A DNA stretch of 64,000 bases from Octopus sinensis (GCF_006345805.1 NC_043013.1:37386001-37450000), one strand, 5' to 3'; positions 40,306-55,143 are shown, counted from the first letter of the stretch. Numbers and translations: made by a program. The notes: generated by a model from the sequence alone, not told the origin.

Positions 40306-40460
40306 ATGTGAACGGTGCTTTCAAAAGGTTTTGAGAGTCATTTAAGAGAGGCAGTTATAACTGGCCTAGACTGGTACACTTTTGGTACAGTATGCATCTA
40401 GCAAGCTGATACGTCAAGATTTTTTCTAAATTCAGCACTTTGAACATACCCTCGTAAACA
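40306..40460. mobile_element. Degenerate mariner-type MITE / TIR remnant
   Basis: TTTGAACATACCCTCGTA at 40438-40460 is the reverse complement of a TACGAGGG..TTCAAA mariner-like TIR. A weaker left counterpart lies near 40306. Confidence 0.35.
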
Positions 40461-40574
40461 TTATTTATCCTATCTGACTAGTTTGCAGAATAGAGTTGAG
40501 ATGTGAATACAATTTCGAAGCCCGCTATATATTGACTAATTTGTTTCACTTGAACATCCGCTTTTTAAAAGTCG

Positions 40575-41290
40575 TAGTGTTCTCAGGCAGAGCAAAGAGA
40601 TGAGAGACGATGAGAGATGTGAGAAAGTGACAGAGGTCAGAAAATCGCAATTTTCCGGCAGACGACTGGTGCAAGTCTACAGTTTGCAAGCTTACACTTT
40701 GGAGTTGCTGTGGCAAGTCTACACTGCAATATTCATGAACATGCGCAATATCTCTTCAAAACTTTTTCCTAGGTTGCTCAGTAATTGACACAAGGAAAAG
40801 CGCGTTGGTGACAGCTAGGAGACGGTTAAGAACATCAAATTCAATACAAAATTACCTGGGTTTCTGGGAGCAAAACTGGATCTACGGCTATGATCCAGAG
40901 ACCAAGAGATAGGGAGACAAATAGCAGCATCCTGCTCCCCAAGACCCACGTAAAATAAGCAAAGCAAGTCCACGGAGAATTAGTGATGATCACCTTTTCC
41001 AACTGCAGGGGCGTCAGTTACATCCCCTGTGTTCACACTAGCGAGGCGTTCAACAAATAGTAGCATATGGCGATCTTGAAGCAGTTCTGGAAGGCATTTC
41101 TTCATATAAGTCAGTAGGGTTTCCACTCATCGCGGTGGTACCTGCATCAGGACAGTGCATCAGACTACGATTCCATCCTGGTAACAAACTACTAGGCAGA
41201 GATAGGCCCCAAACCTTAACCTCACCTTCAGTACTATCTAGATAATATTGCTTTTGATTTTATGTTGTTTCACACGTTGATAAAGATTAT
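40575..41290 (+). pseudogene. Mariner DD34D transposase pseudogene (second family)
   Basis: Segments RDDERC, NWIYGYDPETKR, LVMITF..RG, WYLHQDSA..(34 aa)..DFMLF. Many stops. Confidence 0.8.
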
Positions 41291-41513
41291 TCTAAACCCA
41301 ATGAGAACTACGATGGGGTCTTCATAGAGGACTCGAAAGCTACTGCAAGTATTTTGAATTCGTAGAACTACATTTTCAAGGAGATTGTTTTTTGTTCAGT
41401 TATAATAAAACAGTTTTAGAGTAAAGCGTTTCTCATTACAAATTTAAATTCTTTAATAAGACAGTGACTTGGAACTTTCAGGTAGCTAAGCTCACATTGG
41501 ACTTCGTAGTCGC

Positions 41514-41553
<40 letters not shown>

Positions 41554-41661
41554 TATATATTATATATATATAATAGATATGTATATATATATGATATATA
41601 TAATTTATATATGTATATATATAATTCATGTATATATAATGTATATATACATATATATAAT

Positions 41662-41701
<40 letters not shown>

Positions 41702-41734
41702 ATGTATATATATATATACATATATACTTGTATA

Positions 41735-41765
<31 letters not shown>

Positions 41766-42499
41766 CTTTATATGCATGTATATTTATCTGTGTATGTATA
41801 TGCCTGTATTTATATGGCATATTCTATTGCAGAACACGAAAATATATGGCAATTTTATGCTTATCTTGTTTATTGTATATCATAATATATATATATATAT
41901 ATATATGTCTAAACCTTCGTGTTTCATATGTAACTTCTGACGCGGTATAGTTCTTTTTTACACTTTAATGTATACTTAAGATTTTTGGATGGCATAAAAC
42001 ATTGAAATTGTATATTATTGTATTTCATACGCTTTGACCCACTTTATCACTTAAGTGGTTTTTACATTACTAAGTTACTAATAAGACACAGATGTGAGAG
42101 ATATTTTAGTATGTGATAACTACTAATGGAATCACCAAAAATTAAATAACTCCTGGAATTGTGATGTTGCATTTTATTCTTAATTCTAAGATTTTCATGA
42201 ATTATAGGGAGAGGCTGGCGACCCTAATCATTCAGTGGGATGCGATAATATGACAGCAAACATATTTAGTAATTATTTTACAGATTTCAAAATTTCTTCA
42301 TGTTTACAAAGTATTCAATGTGGTAAACCTCTAGGTACTCGTTTGAAGTAGAATTAAATTCTTCGTATCGGATTTGAAAATCGAAACGACATTTGTATAA
42401 CGTAAACTAAAATAAACGGTGCGATGAAAAAATGGGCAATTCATGCTTCGAAAACCTTTTGATGATAAATCTATTCAGTTATATTTAATCAATGGAAAT

Positions 42500-42735
42500 G
42501 CGTGCTTTGATAATTAGTGCGGTGGACTCATGATTACAAAATCGTCATTTCTATTTCCGGACCGGGCGATACGCTGAGCTCTTGACCAAAACACTACATT
42601 TCGCATTGCTCCAGTCTGCCGAGATGGCAAAAGTGAGCAATCCTGTGACGTAATAGTGTCCCCACCAATACGGAAAAAATACGTCGCGAAAACCGGAGAA
42701 CCGGCCTTATGAATTTAAATGATTCGGAAATGAGG
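42500..42735 (+). mobile_element. Family-C SINE (CORE-like), degenerate
   Basis: GGACTCATGAT..CTTGACCAAAACACTACATTTCGCATTGCTCCAGTC..GGCAAAAGTGAG. Confidence 0.55.
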
Positions 42736-44959
42736 GGTCGAAGGATTTCTTTGGGAAAAACCAGCAGAACAAAAGCATAGCGGATTCCTCCATCTGTTTT
42801 CTAGGAATGTCTCTTAAGCCAAAAACCCCTGATATGTGATGCAGATTGAGCAATGTAGTATTGCATTAAGTTTGTATCAAAAAGGGTACGATGAATAAGA
42901 CTGGAACGCATAAAATTCCGTTCGGAAAATTTTTGTATCAAATGAACCTTCTTACTGCCGAGAGAATGGGAAAGCCTTATTCAGAACTGAAACTTGTCCA
43001 TTCTTAAGTAAAATGTACAGATTACAGAATTACTGATGAAACACTACTTCCATGGCTTTATATAAACCTTCAGCCATCTAAAATATTTCATATTCACTAT
43101 AGTATTTCTACGGGTGATTATGTTATTGCGATAGCATATTGTATAAATAAAAATATGACATGAAGACAATTAAGGCTTAATAGGAGCTTCATGTAGATAT
43201 GTCACAAAGAAGCCAGTTATATATTTTTGTCATCGTTTAGAGAATTATTGAGACCAGGCCTGTTTGATCCTAACGTTTCGAATATTTAGACTCCAAGTTT
43301 TGCTTTGTCTTCCTGCCACAGAAATATCCACACACCTTAATAAGTATAAAAAATGATTTCTGTGAGATATTTGCTATTCAGCGTTTATACTACTCATTGA
43401 GAGTAATTAAATAATTGTTCTTCGAATCTAATATCTCGGTGTAGATGTCATAATTATCGTTCGAGTAAATAAGTGAATCATTACCTGTTTGAAGATTTTA
43501 CATTTTACGCAAGGTTATCTGTCCGCCATGTCATATGTTCCTCTTCGTTCCATGACTTTCTTGAAATAAAATTGCTATCAGGATGCATACGAAGACATCA
43601 GTGCCGTCATCGAATTAATTCCACCTTTGGTGCTGAGCAGAGCATCATTGATGAATTTTCGAGGAAACGCCGACGTTTTATAGAGGAGTTAGGCAGTGTA
43701 TTTACTGGTTGTGTGTAGAACACTTTGTTTACTCCAAATACCATACCATATGATTTTACAACCTTATTAAATTATCCAAAAAGGTACACAATACATATCT
43801 CTGATTCTCCAATGCGCCCGCGCGTACACACTTGTTTATTTCTGTCTTTTTCACTTTCCGTCACATTCAGACTTCCTTTCTCTCTCTATGAGTGTCTTTG
43901 CACTTCTATATGCGTATGTATGAGAAAAATAGAATTTTGTGGCTTTTGGTTTTGGATTCGCTGAATGTCAAAGGCCGATCGTGTTGTAAAACTTAATATC
44001 AACGCTGTTTGAGCTTCTCTATCCCGATTAAGCGTTTAGATTACAGCTGGACATCAAGCGATATAATAGCAATAGTTCAGAGGTGAACACATACGAATAT
44101 GAACAGGAAATATTCTCTGAGGATAAATATGATAGTTCAACTGCCCTCCTTCTGGTAAATTTATTCAAACAGGTAGAAGTGTTGCCAGTTTTTAAACAAG
44201 ACTGGTTTCCCATTGAAATCATCAAAGGTGGTGTATTATGTCTCAGATAATAGTCTACTGCTATCGATGTAAATTGACGATATAACAGTCGTATTACAGA
44301 ATCATTGACATTTTTCATTGACAGTTTCGACGTGTCTTCAATATCAATTTCCATATTTCATGCATACATACATATATAAATATAAACGCATTCATGTATC
44401 ATTTTCCATAGATTCTCACACATATGCAAATAAAATGTGTATGGGTTTGAGTTTGTGTGTGTGGGAGGGAAGTTGTGTTTGTGCTTGTGTTTGTGTGTGG
44501 GATTTGTGTGTATTAAAGTATGTGTGTACATATGCTGCTTCTGTGTAGGTAGGTTTGTATACACGCTCGCATATATCCACATGGGTGGATATATGCCAAG
44601 ATATTCATAGACGCGTTCATAAAGACACTTGCATCCACATTACACAAATACATACGCACGCACGCGCGCACACACATATGTATATACGTAAATACACATG
44701 CATATATACGTACATACAGATACGTATACAGAGAGAGATTGAGAGGGAAAGAGAGAGAAAGAGTGAGAAAGAAAGATGGAAAGAGAGAGAGAGACTAGAT
44801 ATATACATTACTGTAGTAAGGGACAGAGAGGTACGTAAGTTGATTCATTATTTCATTGATAGATAGAAATATATATACATATACATACATAAGGACAAAT
44901 ATATACACACTCATACAGATATATACATATATGCATATACGTGCGTGGATGGTGGGTAG

Positions 44960-44991
<32 letters not shown>

Positions 44992-46119
44992 GCGGCATTT
45001 ACTCCCATGAAAAAAAACCCGTGATTGTTAAGATCCGCTATCATATAATTGTATTGCCGATGAAACATTTATCCTACATTAGGTAACCATGTACACATTC
45101 AAAATGTTCAACACAAAATGCAGTGCGGCTGGTTTATACCATTAATATGAATGCTCTCGTATAAATTATATTTCCAGATAGTTTATTAATAACCACCTCT
45201 CTGCACAATATAACTCCTTAATGTATTGAGTATTATTGTATGAGACGAAACAACATACTTTACAATTAGAAGACACTCAACGAATATATAATGGAGGTGC
45301 CATGCATTTATCAGTTGTATTAGATTTTCTACACAACATTATTTTCATTATAATTTATCATCATAACTTTTCTCCATAAGCCTCAGCATACATTTTCCAT
45401 TAATATGCAACGTGGGATAGCATATTTTTGCTATCATTACACTTATTGTTCAAGGGGATGTGGAATCGCTTAACAGTTAAAACATCGGACGCAATGTCTT
45501 ATTTTATTTTGCTACCGCATTAGACGTTAAAATTTCAAATCCCGCCGAGGGTAACTTTACTCTCCAAAACCTTATCTTTATTTCATCCTCTTCGTGTTCA
45601 GTGAAAGTAAGTGCCAGCCAAGTACAAAGATAATTTAAATCCAATATATGCCTCCCAAAATCGGGTCTTGGCAGATATTAGACAGGGCTATTGCATAATA
45701 TACATAGAGTGTGAGGACTAGCAGTGTTTCATATGCCGTCGAACAAATGTCTTAAGGTTTGGTTTATTGCGAATTTCCTACAGATCTCACTGAGGCAGAA
45801 TTTCCAGTTTTCCTGCAAGTATCGATAAAATAAAACACCAATCAAATACTAAGCTAGATATAATCGACTGTTCTCTTCCCGTAAATACCTGGCCTTGTGT
45901 CTATATTAGATATTGTCGCCATATTTGTTATAATCGCTCTCCTGTCAATCATTTTACTATTTTTTTCATTAATTGGGCCATGACCATTTGGAAATATTGT
46001 CTGCAACTTATCTATAGACGATTATATTCACCCTACTTCTTTGGTATGTCCAATTTCAACCTTGGAATGACGAAGTGAAAAGTCCACATTTACATAAATA
46101 TGGCAATCCTTCAGTTTCT

Positions 46120-47086
46120 TATTTCTTTACTGTCCTCAAGGAGCTACACACAGAGGGGACAAACAAGGACAGACAAACGGATTAAGTCGATTATATCGAA
46201 CCCATTGCTTAACTGGTACTTATTTAATCGACCCTGAAAGGATGAAAGGCAAAGTCTACCTACCGGAATTTCAACTCAGAACGTAGCGGCAGACGAAATA
46301 CCTATTTCTTTACTACACACAAGGGGCTAAACACAGAGAGAAGACAAGGACATATAAACGGATTAAGTCGATTATATCGACCCCAGTGCGTAACTGGTAC
46401 TTATTTAATCGACCCTGAAAGAATGAAAGGCAAAATCGACCTCGGCGGAATTTGAACTCAGAACGTAGCGGCAGACGAAATACCTATTTCTTTACTACAC
46501 ACAAGGGGCTAAACACAGAGAGGACAAACAAGGACAGACAAACGGATTAAGTCGATTACATCGACCCCCAGTGCGTAACTGGTACTTAGATTATCGATCC
46601 CGAAAGGATGAAAGGCAAAGTCGACCTCGGCGGAATTTGAACTCAGAACGTAGCGGCAGACGAAATACCTATTTCTTTACTACACACAAGGGGCTAAACA
46701 CAGAGAGGACAAACAAGGACAGACAAACGGATTAAGTCGATTACATCGACCCCCAGTGCATAACTGGTACTTAGTTTATCGATCCCGAAAGGATGAAAGG
46801 CAAAGTCAACCTCGGCGGAATTTGAACTCAGAACGTAGCGGCAGACGAAATACCTATTTCTTTACTACACACAAGGGGCTAAACACAGAGAGGATAAACA
46901 AGGACAGACAAACGGATTAAGTCGATTACATCGACCCCCAGTGCGTAACTGGTACTTAGTTTATCGATCCCGAAAGAATGAAAGGCAAAGTCGACCTTGG
47001 CGGAATTTGAACTCAGATCGTAGCGGCAGACGAAATACCGCTTGGCATTTCACCCGGCGTGCTAACATTTCCGCCAGCTCACCGCC
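46120..47086 (-). repeat. Array of five head-to-tail tRNA-derived SINE units (family B)
   Basis: Units start at 46120, 46303, 46485, 46670 and 46855 (182-185 bp). Only the 5'-most minus-strand unit (to 47086) keeps the GGCGGTGAGCTGGCGGAA A-box head. All keep the B-box GAGTT(C/G)AAATTCC or a 1-nt variant. Confidence 0.9.
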
Positions 47087-47793
47087 TAGTTTCTCTCAGC
47101 TTCTCTCATTCTCCTAATCGCAATGTGTCCAGAACAATATAATCCAAAGAGTTCTGCACTTAATTGTGATGGGACATAAATGATTCCTATTTCTAGCAGT
47201 TCAAAATATAATGTGATAGGTATTTCGTTAGTTCCAGGTAGCCTTTGCAGATTCTATCGATTTCACAATATATTCTTGAATAAATTATCACATTGGTGGA
47301 ATTACATGATATTGATCATTTCCCTGATAGCATGAAAGCGTCAACATAAATTTGAAAAAAAAAAACAGCAAGTATTAAGGAGAGAGGATTTGAAACTCAC
47401 CTTCCTTTACACATCATAACGGCCTTATCATCATCGTCGTTGTCGTCACAATCATTATTGTGGTCGCCGTCATCATCATCGTCCTCATCGTCATCGTCGT
47501 CACCGTCATCATCATCATCATCATCATCATCATCAATCTCGACATGAATGCCAATAATTTTTCAAAGTTTATGGAGCGCTTTTGTCTTCTACATGCTAGA
47601 AGCTCCAACACCAGTGAGGTTACCGAGTAAGTTACAAGAAAAGAATCCTCGATAAAGTTTGAGTGAAGTCTCGACGAAGGCGAACTTAAGAGGCTGGAAA
47701 GGCAGAAACAGGTGTCTTGCAGTAGAAGAGATACACGGATACCATACTTGGCAAAACCAGGTGGACAGATGAAAGTGAAAGTAAGCGAAGAGA

Positions 47794-47840
<47 letters not shown>

Positions 47841-48009
47841 GGAGTGTGTGTGTAAAGAGAGAGAGAGGAATGATGATATATAGAAGTATACACTTGGATA
47901 ATAATCAATTATTAAACGCTTCCAATGACGTAAGACAACATTGATGTCGTTTATCTGGAGACTCGCAAACTTTACTTTAGATGTCAAAACGTAAGCACAG
48001 CTTTCGTCC

Positions 48010-48400
48010 TTCATCTTTCGTTTGTTTCAGTCAATAGACTGCGGCCATACTGAGGCAGTATTTTGAAGAATCTTTAGTAGAATAATTCGACTCCTGTACA
48101 TACTGTTGTTTTTTTTTGTTTTGTTTTTTAAGTCTGGTATTTATTCTATACAGATCTTTTTCCGAAACGTTAAGTTACTGAGACGTAAACACACAACGCT
48201 GGTTTTAAGCGGAGATGGGGATAAACACAGACGCCACATACACACACGCACTCATACACAAACACACACACACGCATATACACATACGACGGGCTTCTTT
48301 AAGTTATCTAGCAGATCCACTAGGCCGGCAGATATAATAACTGAACCTGGATCCATGTGGTTGAAAAAGCAAGCTTCTTATCACACGGCTACTCCTGCTG
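48010..48400 (-). mobile_element. Degenerate family-A SINE
   Basis: Tail TTTGTTTCAGTCAATAGACTGCGGCCAT and head CACACGGCTACTCCTG. Confidence 0.7.
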
Positions 48401-49065
48401 TTTATTTTGTCAGACAAATATATGCAATTTGTTGTATACGATGCGACACGGTTACACACCAGAGTGGCTTTTCGTTTAGAAACAATTAGGGGACAACATA
48501 TATATATATATTCTTAATCATCTATAAGTTCTGGAAGTTAACAGGAAATACTACCATATGATTGTTGTAGCTTTCTTAGAAACCGGCACATATTTTTAAC
48601 ATGCTTTACTTTATCGTACGTAAGTGAAGGTCGGATATTTTAAAAGTTTTCATTTGAAATAATAGCTCAACACACATGCGATTTGATTCATTTTCGAGTT
48701 CGGTAAGGATTAGATAGTTCCAAATTCTGATCTGTTGATAAGCTATCGAGTAGAGAGGCATGGCAGCTGAAACCTACTCAATGAGGTTGGATTTTGATAA
48801 GAGCAGCAATTGGAACCCTTCCGTGAGATATGACTGATTCAGTTATTAGAGTTCCACTGACTCGAAGCGTACACGTTAAGCGGTGAAACAATTTAGAACT
48901 TGAGATATCTGCGGGTGATACTGAAAAATCTCCAACACTGTGATGGGTTTAGAATAAGGATAATTTATGAGTAGCTCCTGCCGTTTCTACTCGGTAAGAA
49001 GGATATTCGCTGTTTATATCACCTCTCAACTCTAACAAGCTCTTCTGTTACTTATGGGATTTACA

Positions 49066-49225
49066 CAGGAGTGGCTCTGTGGTAAGTAGCCTTCTTACCA
49101 ACCACATGGTTCTGGGTTCATTCCCACTGCGTGGCACCTTGGGCAAGTGTCTTCTACTATACCTCGGGCCGACCAAAGCCTTGTGAGCTGATTTGGTAGA
49201 CAGAAATTGAAAGAAGCCCATCGTA

Positions 49226-49273
<48 letters not shown>

Positions 49274-49303
49274 ATATATATAATATTATATATATATATA
49301 TTA

Positions 49304-49352
<49 letters not shown>

Positions 49353-49557
49353 TTGTGTGTCTGTATTTGTTCCTCCAACATTGCTTGACAACCGATCGTG
49401 GTGTATTTACGTCCCCGTCACTTAGCGGTTAGGCAAAAGACACCGATAGGATAAGTACTAGGCTTCCAAAGAATAACTACTGGAATCGATTTGCTCGACT
49501 AAAGGCGGTGCTCCAGCATGGCCGCAGTCAAATGACTGAAACAAATAATGAGAGAGT
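49066..49557 (+). mobile_element. Full-length family-A SINE
   Basis: Near-consensus head, core, (TA)n(GT)n spacer and tail. Confidence 0.9.
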
Positions 49558-50163
49558 AGCACAGAAATAATTCTTAACGATATTTTCCGAACGTGACGAA
49601 TTAGACGTAGGTAGTTAGTGTATATCAATAATGACTGTTTATAACAAACGAATAGTTAATTACTGGAAATTATTTTATGAATTCAAGGTAAGACAAAAAT
49701 AATCTGATTTACAACAACGGATTTAAAATGAGTTTAGGGACATATTTGATTTAAATAAAGAAATACGTATCAGCCAAAGTTTATAAGTATTCTTGGAATT
49801 TCATCGCTTCTGTGTACATGATATATCGCCAACCATTAAAATCAGTAGGAAAAAGAGCATGATTTTTGCATAAAGCAAGTAGGGGAAAACATAAACACAA
49901 TAAAAATATTAAGAAAAACAACGTATGTGCAGTAACCCACTCAAAGAGATTGCATAAATCTGAGGTGATGTAATAGCTACAGACTGGTCTTAGAACATAC
50001 AATATATCGACGAAATCTTATCTGACACATTACATCAGATTGGGTCGACACGAATGCATGGAGACGTATGTTGAGTTGAGTTATTCACTTACAGTTAAGG
50101 TGCAGGAGTTGATGTATTGCACACGAAAGAAGAAAAAAAAAACATAATTACATGCGCACATGG

Positions 50164-50200
<37 letters not shown>

Positions 50201-50249
50201 TTTCAATGCGGAGGTTTTTATATAGATGTCCATTCGAGGCGAATGGCTT

Positions 50250-50284
<35 letters not shown>

Positions 50285-50339
50285 CACCACACACACCATA
50301 TATATATATATATTATATATATGTATATATATATATATA

Positions 50340-50865
50340 CACACACCTGTGTGTATGTGATGTATGCATTCTGAGAGAATGGGTGTGTTTTTCTCTCCCT
50401 CTCTCTCTCTCTCTATCACTATCTGTCTATCTATTTCACTCTTTGTCTCTCTATTTCTTTGTGTATGTGTGTGTGTGTGTGTTTGTTATGTCTATGTGTG
50501 TGTCTGTGTTTGTTTGACATGATTATGTGCATAATGTCGTGACACAAAAAAATCAAGAAAACGTGTTACAAAGGCCATGCATACATGAGAAAAAGTACCC
50601 ACAGCTAAAAAAAAAGGGGGGGTGGAAATACGACATACACACACACTCACACGCTCATACATGCATACGCACACACATTCACATACATAGACCTGTGCCT
50701 TCGCACACAGTGAAAATTTCGCACGCATGTGTACATATATCTATAACAGTAAATATGCATATCAATATATAAATATTCGTATCTGTGTAGAAAGAATCTG
50801 TGAGTGATTGTATATATACATGTATTTATTCTATATCAATACCTTTTATCTATCTATCAACCTAC

Positions 50866-50918
<53 letters not shown>

Positions 50919-51003
50919 ATATATAGCTATTTACACACTGCATACATACAGACCTCCACATAGATACACATCTATCTATCTATCTATCTATATATATATA
51001 TAT

Positions 51004-51044
<41 letters not shown>

Positions 51045-51094
51045 TATATATATATTATATATATATACACATACATACATCTATCTAGCTAGCT

Positions 51095-51147
<53 letters not shown>

Positions 51148-51540
51148 CATGGAAGTGCTTGTGCACAGCTACAAGTTTTTTTTCGTTTAGGATATTGTTA
51201 GTTTTCTTTATTTAGTGGTCAACTACGTATTCAAGTTCGCAAGCGTTTGGGAGCATATTACCCATTATGTGGGTCCTTATTTCTAAACAAACACTCATGC
51301 GTGGGTAAGTACTTTGTCACCAGACTTGATATACCAAAAATATAAAACGCGAAAAGCATTCTAGAACCGTCTGATCTATACGAGCACCGAATGATTTAGA
51401 GATGAAATGGGGGTTCATTTATCATATATATACGTACACAAATGGTGACGTGGGTGCATATATGTAATCATGTATAATTGTATACTGAATACTTGCATGT
51501 GTGTATCAATAGGTACACTGTTGTGTTACATAGATATGTG

Positions 51541-51587
<47 letters not shown>

Positions 51588-51803
51588 ATATATATAGACA
51601 TACGTGGTGGTATGGTCTGTGCCTGTGTGTGTGTGTGTGTTTGTATATGTAATATCTGTTGTTATAAATGTTTCACTTCATGTGTTCGTGGTAAATTGTG
51701 TGTGTATGTAAGTATATTTGTGTGTGGTGGTATTTTGTTGTCTTACCATTTCTCTCAATATATATATATATATACATATATATAAACATATACATATATA
51801 TAA

Positions 51804-51850
<47 letters not shown>

Positions 51851-53290
51851 ACACCTGTGTGTATGTTGATGTATGCATTCTGAGAGAATGGTGTGTTTTT
51901 CTCTCCCTCTTCTCTCTCTCTCTCTCTCTATCACTATCTGTCTATCTATTTCACTCTTTGTCTCTCTATTTCTTTGTGTATGTGTGTGTGTGTGTTTGTT
52001 TATGTCTATGTGTGTGTCTGTGTTTGTTTGACATGATTATGTGCATAGTGTCGTGACACCAAAAAACATCAAGAAAACGTGTTACAAAGGCCATGCATAC
52101 ATGAGAAACAGTACCCACAGCTAAAAAAAAGGGGGGGGGGAATACGACATACACACACACTCACACGCTCATACATGCATACACACACACATTCACATAC
52201 ATAGACATGCCTTCGCACTACAGTGAAAATTTCGCACGCATGTGTACATATATCTATAACAGTAAATATGCATATGAATATATAAATATTCGTATATCTG
52301 TGTAGAAAGAATCTGTGAGTGATTGTATTATAACATGTATTTATTCTATATCAATACCTTTTATCTATCTATCAACCTACGTATATATATATATATATAG
52401 ATATATAATAGTATTTATATACATAATATATGCTACATACACACGGCACATACAGACACATCGATCCCATCTATCTATCTATCTATATATAATATATATA
52501 TATAGATTATATATATTATATATATATATATATACTAGATATATCTATATAGATATATATACACACCACAACAGCTACACACACACACACACCACCACAC
52601 ACACACCACACACATGAAGTGCTTGTGCACAGCTACAAGTTTTTTTTTTCGTTTAGGATATTGTTAGTTTTCTTTATTTAGTGGTCAACTACGTATTCAG
52701 TTCGCAAGCGTTTTGGAGCATATTACCTTTTATGTGGGTCCTTATTTCTAAACAAACACTCATGCGTGGGTAAGTACTTTGTCACCAGACTTGATATACC
52801 AAAAATATAAAACGCGAAAAGCATTCTAGAACCGTCTGATCTATACGAGCACCGAATGATTTAGAGATGAAATGGGGGTTCATTTATTTCATATATATAC
52901 GTACACAAATGGTGACGGGGGGCATATATGTAATCATGTATAATTGTATACTGAATACTTGCATGTGTGTATCAATAGGTACAAGTTGTGTACATAGATA
53001 TGTGTATATATATACTATATATATATATATATATATATATCTATATATATCTATATAATATACATACGTGTGTGTATGTGTGTGCCTGTGGTGGGTGTGT
53101 TTGTATATGTACATATCTGTTTATAAATGTTTCACTTCATGTGTTCGTGTAAATTCGTGTGTGTATGTAAGTATATTTGTGTGTGCGTGTTATTTTGTTG
53201 TCTTACCATTTTCTCAATATATAATATATACATATATTAAACATAATATATATAAACACACACATATATATACATATATATAAACATATA
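50340..53290 (+). repeat. ~1.5-kb tandem duplication (50340-51845 / 51846-53290)
   Basis: Unique anchors recur at offsets of ~1460-1510 bp (for example GAAGTGCTTGTGCACAGC at 51152 and 52616). Differences are mostly 1-nt indels and microsatellite length. Confidence 0.9.
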
Positions 53291-53389
53291 CATATATATA
53301 AACACACACATATATATATATATATATTATATATATATATATATATATACGTATATATATATTTATATATACACATATATATAAATAAC

Positions 53390-53441
<52 letters not shown>

Positions 53442-53478
53442 ATATATTTTTATATACACCATATATATATAAACATAT

Positions 53479-53509
<31 letters not shown>

Positions 53510-54180
53510 ATACGTATATCTATATTTATATATACACATATATATAAACATATATATATATATATATATATATTATACGCATATACATATATAACATACA
53601 TATATATATATGTATAGATATATGTACACATGTATACGCACACACACACACATGTATATATATATGAAAAGATATGTTTTCATATATGTATGTATATGTG
53701 TGTGTATATATACATAGATATATGTATACATAAGAGGGAGCACGGGAGAAAAAATAGCGAGAGAGTTCCGGCAGCACAAAATGGTGCTTGTATGCGCATA
53801 TCATACCATATTAATATAGACATACGACTAACTGCCTGCCTACTTAACTGTAGATGCAAAGTAGATTTACGATTTATGAGTTTCGCGAAGTATTTCTGAA
53901 ATTTTCTTTTTGAAGGACTTTTAGTGGTGAGGTGAGACACGACTCTGACGTATCCTACAACATATTACACACAAACGTATGTATAAATACACTTATACAC
54001 GCCTTTGTATGCATGTATCTGCATGTGTGTGTGTGTGTGTGCGCGTGAATGTACGTGTGTGTGTGTTTGAATGTATGTATATATTCATACTTCGGTATAT
54101 CGATACTTACAAGCATACAGGGACACACACAAACTCAGTCAACATGTATATATACATACACACACACACACACATATATA

Positions 54181-54580
54181 TTACTCTTTTACTCTTTTAC
54201 TTGTTTCAGTCATTTGACTGCGGCCATGCTGGAGCACCGCCTTTAGTCGAGCAAATCGACCCCGGGACTTATTCTTTGTAAGCCCAGTACTTATCCTATC
54301 GGTTTCTTATGCCGAACCGCTAAGTGACGGGGACATAAACACACCAGCATCGGTTGGGACAAACACAGACACACAAACACACACAGACACATATATATAT
54401 ATACATATATACGACAGGCTTCTTTCAGTTTCCGTCTACCAAATCCACTCACAAGGCATTGGTCGGCCCGGGGCTATAGCAGAAGACACTTGCCCAAGAT
54501 GCCACGCAGTGGGACTGAACCCGGAACCATGTGGCTGGTAAGCAAGCTACTTATCACTTACCACACAGCCACTCCGCGCC
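54181..54580 (-). mobile_element. Full-length family-A SINE
   Basis: Near-consensus sequence with tail repeat (TTACTCT)n. Confidence 0.9.
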
Positions 54581-54638
<58 letters not shown>

Positions 54639-54816
54639 GTATATGTATATGTATATAATTATATGTAGAAAGGGTTACATTATTTTAGTAATGTAAATTT
54701 GTTTACCACATTTTTATATATATAAGCATATATGTGTGGGTGATTGTGTGCCTTGGGTGCATGAGTACGCCAACTTAATGAATACAAAATACTTATATGT
54801 GTGTGAGTGTGTGTGT

Positions 54817-54862
<46 letters not shown>

Positions 54863-55143
54863 TGTGTGTTGTGTGTGTTTAGGTAAATATCGAACGATAG
54901 AAATGCGTGCTGAACACCGCATTGGTGGCTATATATCAACGGTTTCATGTTAAGAACACTAGGAAAATATGCTGGTCTCTGAACAATTTTTCTAGCCGAT
55001 CACCAGATCACGTAGATCTATCTTCGATTTTAGTGTTTAACCGGAATTTATTTTTGTCGGAAGTTTCGATAACGAAATGTCGAACAATGAAAATGAGTGC
55101 TCAACACCGCATCGGTGGATATAATATATATATATATATATGC

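Noticed and set aside
46120-47086. CRISPR-like array
   Set aside because: The units are ~185-bp whole SINE copies with no unique spacers, in a eukaryotic context with no cas genes.
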